A DNA stretch of 64,000 nt from a virus: the IMG/VR virus record IMGVR_UViG_3300042898_002099; one strand, given 5' to 3'. A program made the position numbers and the translations under genes. Below the pieces are notes generated by a model. It worked only from the letters and a program-made list of their open reading frames with translations. It was not told the origin of the DNA and searched no databases. Position 1 is the stretch's first letter; each line of letters starts with the position of its first letter. Below, in pieces: positions 1 through 9,100 of the stretch.

Positions 1-319
1 CAGGTTCAACTTCAACGATACCTTCTGCTATTCTATAACTTGTAGTTGTGTTTGCAGCATCTACATAGTAAATATATCTACCAACATTAATATTTGCTGT
101 ACTAGAATTACTCAATCCTATAGCAATTACACCATTTGATGCATCAATTACTGTAGTTATAAGTGCTGCTACAGCATTCGCAGTAGTATAAGATTTTTTA
201 ACGTAACCGTAGACATTAAACCCATTTAAATTTATGGGTTGTTTTTGATTGTCAACAAACGTTATTTGGTCCGAATACGTCGTACCTTGAATTACTGTAA
301 AATTAACAACTATTGACAT
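1..319 (-). CDS. Virion structural protein, partial (runs off window edge)
   Basis: Not in ORF track. ATG at 319 overlaps the upstream TAA (TAATG); reads MSIVVNFTVIQGTTYSDQITF...GRYIYYV...RIAEGIVEVEP, a common small phage structural family. Confidence 0.7.
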   Translation of the reverse strand, partial: MSIVVNFTVIQGTTYSDQITFVDNQKQPINLNGFNVYGYVKKSYTTANAVAALITTVIDASNGVIAIGLSNSSTANINVGRYIYYVDAANTTTSYRIAEGIVEVEP

Positions 320-513
320 TATAGACCGTTATTTTTTATTTCATTATCAACTAATGTCATCAAATCATCGTTTATTGTCGTGTGGATTCCTGATAAAATA
401 ACTCGTACTTTATCTTTAACTTTTTGTAATGACCCCACAGTTTCATAAATTTCTGCAGTAATAGTTGTAGTATCTGCAACATGATCTGCTGTAAGTTGTG
501 TAATATTGATCAT
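319..513 (-). CDS. Hypothetical protein
   Basis: 64 aa, translationally coupled on both sides. Confidence 0.6.
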   Translation of the reverse strand: MINITQLTADHVADTTTITAEIYETVGSLQKVKDKVRVILSGIHTTINDDLMTLVDNEIKNNGL

Positions 514-992
514 TTGAATCTTCCGTAATAAATTCTATATGCTAAGTTAATAATCTCATCGCCTGTAATATTAGTAAATCCTTGTCTGTCAAACTTGTGC
601 TTGCATACTATTTTTAAAATTCCAGGTTCAACTATTGTTGTTATTATAGATGAACCAAGATACAACCCTGTACTAGGTTGTATAATTTCTCTGACCATAA
701 CTGAACCAGACCCACTAATTACAGAACTTCCCGAATCTGCAATACCGCCATTTATTTTATAAAATGGCATAACAAAATAGTCATCAGTATTTATTAAAGA
801 ATTATTAATCAGAATGAATTCGTCAGAACGATCTACATACTTAGCAGTTGGACTTAACGCTAATACTTTTGGAATACTAATAACACCAGGTGTGTTATAC
901 AATATGTGGGGCATTCTTTTATCTAAAGAAAACTTAGTATTTCCCGACCTATCGGTTATATTGAATGCGCCAGAATTTAAAGAAATACCCAT
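510..992 (-). CDS. Putative tail-associated structural protein
   Basis: 160 aa beta-rich ORF coupled within tail fibre cluster. Confidence 0.55.
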   Translation of the reverse strand: MGISLNSGAFNITDRSGNTKFSLDKRMPHILYNTPGVISIPKVLALSPTAKYVDRSDEFILINNSLINTDDYFVMPFYKINGGIADSGSSVISGSGSVMVREIIQPSTGLYLGSSIITTIVEPGILKIVCKHKFDRQGFTNITGDEIINLAYRIYYGRFK

Positions 993-2134
993 TATTGAAT
1001 TCCAAGATAAACTAAATTACCCGTTACCTCTACGCTTCCGTTTAGGAAATAATTAGTTGTATTATATTTGTATGTTAAAGACGAACCAAGACCAGCAAGA
1101 GTTTCTCCTTGAGGCCAAATGATACTGTCTGTCTGTAATGTAACTGCACCATTTCGTTCATCATATAAACCACCAGTTTGCGGATCTTCGCTACTAGCAT
1201 TTTCTATAGTTCTACCCTCATTATAACCAGTTGTTATATAGTGAATAGTTGCATTATAAGTATCATATCCATACAACGATCTAATATCTGCATATTTGTT
1301 TAAGTACGCAATAGGATCAAAGGTAATTGTGCGATCTCCCTTTTCATTTGCATAATGTAATTGGCCTTTATTATAATCTGACCCATACGCAAGTATTAAA
1401 TCTGCATAACTAGCAATATATCTTAATGCATCTGCGGGAGAAATATAAAATAAGTTTATTGGCAAAACACCGTTTGTTCCTTCGGGTTCTCCCGGAATAC
1501 TATTTAAATATGTGTTAGGATTTATAGTTGTCGGTATCGAAGTTATTTCCTCATTCCCCGTCAGTCTTCTTAAGAATAGATTTAATTGTGTTGGTATATA
1601 CTCATATACGCCATTTACTAAATTTGCAGTATACAATAAGTTTTTGCTAATTTCTATAGCATAACCTAAATCATTTGGTTGTTCTGTATAAACATACTTG
1701 GAACCAACTCTTTCCCAATTATAATAAGTATATTTTGTTTGTTTAGTAACTAATCCTGTAAATGTTTGACCACCTACAAAGAATTGAAAAAATCCTGTTC
1801 TAACAGGTGGCTTATCTAATAGTAAAAGATTGATAAATGTATTGGTATTCAAATCACCGTTAACAGAATAGTTTTCTATAAATGGACCTAATACTGGAAC
1901 ATCGGGTCCAATATTTTCTCTTTTAGATATTTGGCTGTAATCTGTAATCTTTATACCGTTTTGCGTTTCTTGATATAGTCTTAAATCATTAGACTGTAAA
2001 GTTTTAGTAAAAGCATAGTTTGCCGCAGATGAATATTGAGCAGTATTTTTGTAAAGATAACTTTTATCTGTACTAAATACATTACCCATAGACACAAAAT
2101 CTTGGGTTAAATTTAAAAGATAAACATTAGCCAT
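992..2134 (-). CDS. Putative virion protein with bacterial surface-protein-type YIASYxDL repeats
   Basis: Two related units ALRYIASYADLILAYG...HY and FDPIAYLNKYADIRSLYG...HYITTGYNEGR. Confidence 0.6.
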   Translation of the reverse strand: MANVYLLNLTQDFVSMGNVFSTDKSYLYKNTAQYSSAANYAFTKTLQSNDLRLYQETQNGIKITDYSQISKRENIGPDVPVLGPFIENYSVNGDLNTNTFINLLLLDKPPVRTGFFQFFVGGQTFTGLVTKQTKYTYYNWERVGSKYVYTEQPNDLGYAIEISKNLLYTANLVNGVYEYIPTQLNLFLRRLTGNEEITSIPTTINPNTYLNSIPGEPEGTNGVLPINLFYISPADALRYIASYADLILAYGSDYNKGQLHYANEKGDRTITFDPIAYLNKYADIRSLYGYDTYNATIHYITTGYNEGRTIENASSEDPQTGGLYDERNGAVTLQTDSIIWPQGETLAGLGSSLTYKYNTTNYFLNGSVEVTGNLVYLGIQ

Positions 2135-2135
2135 A

Positions 2136-2639
2136 TTAGAAAGATGGTACCGATGCTGTATTTTCGAATGTTAACAAAGTATATCTTCTTGTCAGTGTCG
2201 TCAATGAATCTGTGTTAACAATATTTCGTTCTTTGATGTAAAATTTAGTACTATCCATTGCCAATGATACAATTCTAAATGAATTATTATTTACAATTTG
2301 CGCATATGTGTGTCCTGCTATAATTTCTCTTGTGTCATAATCTATTAAAATTGCAGCTGGTACATATCCAAAATTATGTATTGATATGGTATATTCGTTG
2401 GTATTTTTAGTTGTAACACTTGGATCGGGATCCGCAGTAACTAAAGAATAATTTTGAACAAAATCTGTTTTCGATAAAATATTTAGATAATCAAATCTAG
2501 TATCAAAATATATTCTATTCAAATATGTTGTAGGATTTGTCAATGGTAAATTACTACCCTGTTGTCCCGTGGGGTTATTAAAGATAGATACTACCTTTTT
2601 GCCCCCAGTTGTGCCCGCCCACAAAACATTAGTTGTCAT
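2136..2639 (-). CDS. Putative tail-associated structural protein
   Basis: 167 aa, coupled to the fibre gene. Confidence 0.55.
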   Translation of the reverse strand: MTTNVLWAGTTGGKKVVSIFNNPTGQQGSNLPLTNPTTYLNRIYFDTRFDYLNILSKTDFVQNYSLVTADPDPSVTTKNTNEYTISIHNFGYVPAAILIDYDTREIIAGHTYAQIVNNNSFRIVSLAMDSTKFYIKERNIVNTDSLTTLTRRYTLLTFENTASVPSF

Positions 2640-4249
2640 AATTCAATTCTGATAAATTTACTGTTTAAATCAATAACCATTCTACCATCAGTTGATCTTA
2701 AAATTCCTGAAGTAATAGTACCAGCATTTTGAGAAACTTCTGATAATGCGTTTGCCGTTACTGTGATACCAGTAAAAATATTTGCAACCAATTGAGATCT
2801 AGTAATAGTACCACTTACAATTTTTGTTCCGCTAATAGAATTGCTAGCAATTTCTACCCCTGTTATTGAACCGGGTTGTATTTTACCTGTCGTAACAGCA
2901 TTTGCGCCTAATTTACTAGATGTTACCGCTCCGTTAAACAACTCTCTTGTTGTTATAGTATTACTTACTAATTTTTCTCCAGTAATAACATTTGCTGCAA
3001 TTTTAGATGTTATTATTGCATTAGATGCTATCTGTACATTACCTACTTGGCCTGCATTTAGAACAATATTTGTTACAGTGCCACTTACACCTGGAGAATA
3101 AAAATCCCAACTAGTTTTAGTTGTATTTAAAATATAGCTAGTACCACCTACAATAATTAAATCGCCCGGATTAAATAGTGTTACATCTGATGGCAATGAT
3201 GCCAATGTTCTAACTCTTGCGGTGCCAGTATTTGCTGTAAATTGTTGTATTGTATTCCATGTACCGGAATAGATATATAACCCTTGATCTATACCAGATG
3301 TTTTTCTAAACAACTCAAATGCATTTGCTGTTGCTGGTAAAGAACCACCCGAAGAAATTCCTCCGCCTGCACCAGAAGAACTAGAAACATAATCACTTAA
3401 ATTTTTCCATGCATTATTAATAAAGATATAAGCAATTGACCCTACAACAACTGTTCTACCTGAATAATTTCCTGCATCGCCTACTACAGGCAACGTAACT
3501 AATACTTCTAGACCCGACGGTGCGCTAGATGTTATAACACTTGATAATGTTTTCCATTGACCAGAAATAAACAAATACGGTATAGCATTTGCTGTTTCAT
3601 AAAAGACTGTGCCTTCTGGCGCTGTCTGCGGTTTAACCGCACCTATAGCAAATGCTGTATCGCCTCTAAATCTTACCCATCTAGAATCGGAACCAGCTAA
3701 TCTTGCAATTGCAGAATCTGCCGGTAATCCTGTACCATTGCCTACGGGGTATTTAGAGAATACCCAAACATCTCCAGAATTAAATACAATCCTGCCTTCA
3801 TAGTTACCCAATGTCGGTAAAGATGAAACTACAGGAATACCATTAACAGTTACATTTGCCGTACCTGAACCAGTGACAACAGTAATGTTTGCGCCGCTTA
3901 TACCGCCAGTAAATGCGGCTAATCTAGCTAACACATAATCTTGTGTTGCTAATTCATTTGTATACCATTTAATAGTGCCATTCTCATTCAATATTAAAGA
4001 ATCTGCGCCGTTTAAAGAAAAGCCAATAACACCCGAGGCTTGTCTGTACATTCCGGTGTCTTTATCACCTTGCCAAGCATATCCTGGTAATATTTTAGAA
4101 TCAGATCCATAGCTTACAACTTGCCCGCCAGTATAAAGCGAATTAAAATTGTCGTTTACTTTGATGAAGGCATCGCGAAGTAAATCGCCGTCTCCACTAT
4201 TCGGTGTTGTTCCTACAAGAACATTTGGTAGATTTTTTGGGGCAGCCAT
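2636..4249 (-). CDS. Tail fibre / baseplate-attached fibre with gp9/gp10-type N-terminus
   Basis: N-term VGTTPNSGDGDLLRDAFIKVNDNFNSLY; repeated SLP..GNYxGR units; C-terminal ITxxKI-type short repeats. Confidence 0.75.
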   Translation of the reverse strand: MAAPKNLPNVLVGTTPNSGDGDLLRDAFIKVNDNFNSLYTGGQVVSYGSDSKILPGYAWQGDKDTGMYRQASGVIGFSLNGADSLILNENGTIKWYTNELATQDYVLARLAAFTGGISGANITVVTGSGTANVTVNGIPVVSSLPTLGNYEGRIVFNSGDVWVFSKYPVGNGTGLPADSAIARLAGSDSRWVRFRGDTAFAIGAVKPQTAPEGTVFYETANAIPYLFISGQWKTLSSVITSSAPSGLEVLVTLPVVGDAGNYSGRTVVVGSIAYIFINNAWKNLSDYVSSSSGAGGGISSGGSLPATANAFELFRKTSGIDQGLYIYSGTWNTIQQFTANTGTARVRTLASLPSDVTLFNPGDLIIVGGTSYILNTTKTSWDFYSPGVSGTVTNIVLNAGQVGNVQIASNAIITSKIAANVITGEKLVSNTITTRELFNGAVTSSKLGANAVTTGKIQPGSITGVEIASNSISGTKIVSGTITRSQLVANIFTGITVTANALSEVSQNAGTITSGILRSTDGRMVIDLNSKFIRIEL

Positions 4250-4253
4250 ATGG

Positions 4254-4460
4254 TTAACTTAAATTTAGATGGTTTTTAATTTTATCAATTTCCGCTTTTA
4301 ACATATTTATTTCGTCTTTCATATCCTGAATTAGTTTAGTCTGTTTTCTTTTTTGCTTATACTCAATTAACGCATGAGTATTAGTATTAAGAATTGCAGA
4401 ACTTGCTGGGTCTATAACATACCCAGGATCGTTTTCTACGGGAATATATCTTGAATTCAT
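4254..4460 (-). CDS. Small conserved T4-like coiled-coil protein
   Basis: IPVENDPGYVID..S.AILNT plus C-terminal coiled coil; typically follows VrlC in T4-like phages. Confidence 0.65.
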   Translation of the reverse strand: MNSRYIPVENDPGYVIDPASSAILNTNTHALIEYKQKRKQTKLIQDMKDEINMLKAEIDKIKNHLNLS

Positions 4461-4461
4461 T

Positions 4462-6180
4462 TTATAATAATGAAGTTGCTACTAAGTTTTTAATCTTAGG
4501 TAAATAAACTGGATTGTTTGCGTAGAACACAATCTTAACTTGATAATTTGCAAAAGTTTCATATGTAGATGTTATTGCAACATTTGAAACTAAGTTTGCA
4601 GAGTTTGAATATGTCAAAGCAGGTTCTAATAGTCTGTATGTTTCCTCCGTGAATAAATCGTCATTTGTTCCTGCATAAGATTTACTCACAGGCGAAACTA
4701 ATGGAAGTTTAATAAAAGGTCTTGCTACTATACCATTGACAAAACTTTTATCGTTTCTAGATAATACTCTAACAAAAACTTCGATATCTGTACCAATTTT
4801 TCTATTGACATTTACTTTTACTTCCATGCCTGTAGAGTCAAATTGGTCTGCAAGCGATACAACTTTACTAATATATCTTGCCTTCGCTGTTCCGTGATTT
4901 GCAGCTAATTCAGATGTAGAAATATCTGCACTATAAGGCAATACGTTATTTCTAAATATTTGAGCTTTCATCAACTGTTTATCTAAAAATGGCGCAACAT
5001 CTTTAGATTTTGTTGTTAATGATACTTGTAATTTTAAATCGCCGTTTTCTCGTAAAGATTGTCTTCCTGTTAAATTCAATTCCGAACCAGGAACAATATC
5101 GGTAAATTTTGTTTTATCTCTAGAGTTAGTATCTTCAGTTGTTTGTATTTTATATGTAACTTGTGCGGTATCACCCAAAGCAACTTCTGTACTTAACAAA
5201 CGAATTCTATTATAATCTATTTCAGCAAGAGCAGGGGTTGTCATTTCAAAAGTTACTGTGCCAGGATCAAATTTTGCTTTACCTAACATAAAAGTTAAAT
5301 CCTCATTCTCATCACCCAGCCAATCTGTAGTATTCTGTGCTTTAAATAACCTACCAGCAAACGGTTGCTTAACTGTTTTACCATCGCCTGTTTTTGCGGA
5401 CAATAATTGATATTTGTCCGATTTAGTATATACACAGAATGCATATTCGCCAGGCTTCAAATATATTGGATTTGCGAATACAAATGTTGTTGCTTTTGCC
5501 CCTGCTGTTGCGTCATATACGTTTATATCTGTAGGTGTCTTTGTTGATACTGTACCAGACATATATTCTGTTGTAGACGGTTTGCTACCAGACATAGGTC
5601 TTAATTCTATACTTACAGGTAACTTATCGTCTTTAGTATAGAAGAATAAATTAATATAAGTTAAAACAATACCCAATGGATATGTCCCTGCATCTATTGT
5701 GAATGTTTGCGATAACGGATCCAATCTTTTCTGAGTATTATTTGCATCCGCGGAAGATCCTAACGGAGAAGTTCTAAATTTTTCCGTTGTTCTTAGCGCA
5801 ATTGTACCACCTTGTTCTGGATCTACGATATTTAACCCGTGATTCATTAAAGTGGTTTCAGAAATATACTTACATTTTTCTATACCATCTGCACTATCAC
5901 CAAATGTTAGACGAATTTCACCTGCATTAAATTTGTATTTGCCTTCGGTGCTAGGTATATACACAAAACCAAGTGCACTACCTAATTGATCTGTAGTAAT
6001 AGTATCACCTAATAATGCGCCAGTTGTTACCGGTGCTGTAAAAGGAGTTATATTAACACCATTTACATAAGTATAAATTTTTATACCAGGTGGCATTTGA
6101 GCCACCGTAAAAGACATAACCTCAGATCCCGCATAAATCGGTATTTCTGCATCTCTGGTTGATGTTATATTTGTCGCCAT
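4462..6180 (-). CDS. VrlC/DUF4815-family structural protein, C-terminal half
   Basis: DPLSQTF, F.NPIYL.PGEYAF, QPF.GRLFKAQN...W...EDL.F, ARYISK, P.IKNL motifs. Confidence 0.8.
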   Translation of the reverse strand: MATNITSTRDAEIPIYAGSEVMSFTVAQMPPGIKIYTYVNGVNITPFTAPVTTGALLGDTITTDQLGSALGFVYIPSTEGKYKFNAGEIRLTFGDSADGIEKCKYISETTLMNHGLNIVDPEQGGTIALRTTEKFRTSPLGSSADANNTQKRLDPLSQTFTIDAGTYPLGIVLTYINLFFYTKDDKLPVSIELRPMSGSKPSTTEYMSGTVSTKTPTDINVYDATAGAKATTFVFANPIYLKPGEYAFCVYTKSDKYQLLSAKTGDGKTVKQPFAGRLFKAQNTTDWLGDENEDLTFMLGKAKFDPGTVTFEMTTPALAEIDYNRIRLLSTEVALGDTAQVTYKIQTTEDTNSRDKTKFTDIVPGSELNLTGRQSLRENGDLKLQVSLTTKSKDVAPFLDKQLMKAQIFRNNVLPYSADISTSELAANHGTAKARYISKVVSLADQFDSTGMEVKVNVNRKIGTDIEVFVRVLSRNDKSFVNGIVARPFIKLPLVSPVSKSYAGTNDDLFTEETYRLLEPALTYSNSANLVSNVAITSTYETFANYQVKIVFYANNPVYLPKIKNLVATSLL

Positions 6181-6181
6181 A

Positions 6182-9100
6182 TTAAATTCCTACTAAAGAA
6201 TAGTTTACTGATTTATATCCGTTATTTTCAATTTGCACAGCTTTAGGATAACGCTTTTCAACTTCGTGAGCCATATATCCTTCAAACACGCCATGTCCTG
6301 CAATATCTTTAAATTCTTTTCTATATTCATATTGATATAGATTTAACCCGTTTGGCATTTTTCTAACAAACTTGACGTTTGTTTTCATTCTTTCATCTGA
6401 GAATAATTTTTTAAGACCCTTCCATACAACTTTTACTACTTTAACTGCAACATATGCAACAGCAACAACTGCCGCAACTTGAATAAGTACGGGTGCGGTA
6501 CTAATATATGCAGCAAATGTAGTAGCACCAGATGCAATTGCTGCGGTTGCAGCTCCTAAAATAGGCACGCCGGTGGTTGCTGCAGCTAATGCACTCGCCC
6601 CCTGTGCAATTCCAGCAAAGACAAATGTTGCAGACGCTGATACAAGTTGTGTTAATCCTGTTTGCAATCCTGATAATGTAGTACTAAAAGAATTTGAAAA
6701 GATGCCGCCCAATGTGTCTGTTAAACTGGTCAATGCTGTACTAAAATTGGCAGCTCCAGAAGTTAATAGTTGAGAATTTAATAAAGATAACTCAGTCGCA
6801 GTAGCCAATCCTGCAGTTGTGCTTGGTATTACGCTACTACTACCTGTTAACCAATCGGATACAAAACTTGTCATGTCTTTCAAAGTTGTAAAACCAGAAT
6901 TTACAAATTTAGATAGTCCATCTATAGAACTTATTGAATTATAAAAATTCAAACCAATATCTCGAACCGCTCCCCACGCTACAGATAATATACTTTCTCC
7001 ATAAAATGCTGCCGTATTTGCGAATCCCCCAATTCCGATGCCATCCGCAAGGGCAGCAATACTATATGCTGTAATTACTTTTGATGCAACTAACCCACCA
7101 AATAATAACAGGCCTCCGGTTAACCATATATTAATATTAAAGGAATTTTTCTTTGAAATTTCTGCTCTACCCACACCATCATTAATAGCACCAGGATTTA
7201 CATTAATAAAACTATTTGCTTCTAATTGTGATGCAAATACTTCATTTACATATTTCATAGTAATAAGATCATTTATTTCTAAAATGTCTATATCTGCTAC
7301 CACATTTAAATCTACATTATATACTGCAAAACCGGGGAAACATTCTTGTTCGTCAGTATCAACAGCAACACCAAAATAACCACTTGTAAGATCAGCTTTA
7401 TCTGTGTCGGTAAAATCTTCAACTAAAATGCCAGATTTCAACAATGTATCGCCGTTATCATTTGTTACAATGGATCTCAAATTTGCAATTTCAATACTTT
7501 GTAATTTTACTGCTTTATCTAAATTAATTGCAAGAGTTTCAATTTTGCCTATGTCTCGCATAGTGAAGCGTTTATTATCATCATATGTTATTTTAACATC
7601 AAAAGAACTTCTTGCATATGGTGGTATTTCTAAAACTGCAAGACTCAATTTGCTAATATCCGAGATATCGTTAATTTCTTTTGGGTTAGCGGATTCGATA
7701 CCTTGTTGTACATAGAATTTATTATACGGAGAATCATAATTTTGTAACGTATTAGTCACATAAATTCTATCTTTTCTGCCAAGATAATAAGTAACATCTG
7801 CTTCAGTGTTAACTGTAGATGTTGGTATGATTGAGGCCGCAAAATTATAATAAAGACTATCATCAATTCTTCTTGGTCTAAAATCTATTGCATCTCTCAA
7901 ATTAAATTCATTTGAATCTACAACCGATCTATAGGTTGGTATTCTAGAATAGTATGAAGCTGGATATGATTGTACTGTAGCTGGTCCTTCGCCCGTATGT
8001 GTAAAATAATCAAATAACACTAAAACATTTCCAGGAGGATTTGCTGCAGAAATAAATTTAACTGTTCCATGATCATAGAAAGTATCTCGTTGACCATTAT
8101 CTAAAATATAATTGGTGTTAGTCTCAGAAATCAACGACGTCCATGCATTGGCATTTACTGGCGAAATATTAGACGTTGGTGCAATTGCAATATATGCGGT
8201 ACTATCTAAAGTTACTATGTCATTATAATTATATGATGTTGTAGAAATCCAAGATCCAAGATATTTTCCAACATTTGATAATGCATATAAATTCTTAAAC
8301 GATGTAATATCGGATTTACCTAACGAATACGCATAATCAGCCAATGCAACATTTACAATTTTTGCATGATTCTCAACTAAAGTTTTTGTTCTTGGTTGTA
8401 AATCGTCGCTTTCAATTTTTAAAGATACATCAGCAATTCCGGTGAATGACGGATCATTCATATTAATAGTTAATGTAGCGGAATCACCGGCAATTGTTGT
8501 TGTGCCTCTTTCAAAATTATAAGCACCTAAATTTGTATTGCCTGTTGCTCCACTTTTTACCAACACAATAAAGTTTGTTCTTGCAGTACTTGCAGGAATT
8601 ATACCATCACCCAATGCAAATGTTTCTGGTGCAGATAATGTCTTTGAAAATACCCCAGAACTAAACACAGCATTATTAAAAACTCTTATATACTCACTTC
8701 TAATAGTATCAACATTTTTTACATATGTTTTATTAATAGGAAATAACAATCGTTCTGCTGGTCTATTAGAATCAAATATTGTAGTTACGCCAGATGTAGC
8801 AATACCATCACTTGCAATATCTGCATAGAAGAAAGGTGAAGAATATGTAGCCGCAGTACCATGTGATGTAAGACCATTTGATACACCGACTACACTTCGT
8901 ATTTGTTTTACGTTAATTAAACCATCATAGAATGGACTACCGTTTACAACTTCTAAATATGCTTTAACATTAGTTAATGATCTAGCTTTATCAGTTGGAT
9001 CCGCGGTGGCCGAAGATACTGCCGCAACTACCTCAGCCCTGACTTTTTCAATGTCTTTATTATTATTGATCCAAGTGTTGTACCAAAAATATACGCCTTC

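Noticed and set aside
6182-6400. Intein at the VrlC C-terminus
   Set aside because: No Cys/Ser start with His-Asn end or Hint motifs; the pattern is peptidase S74
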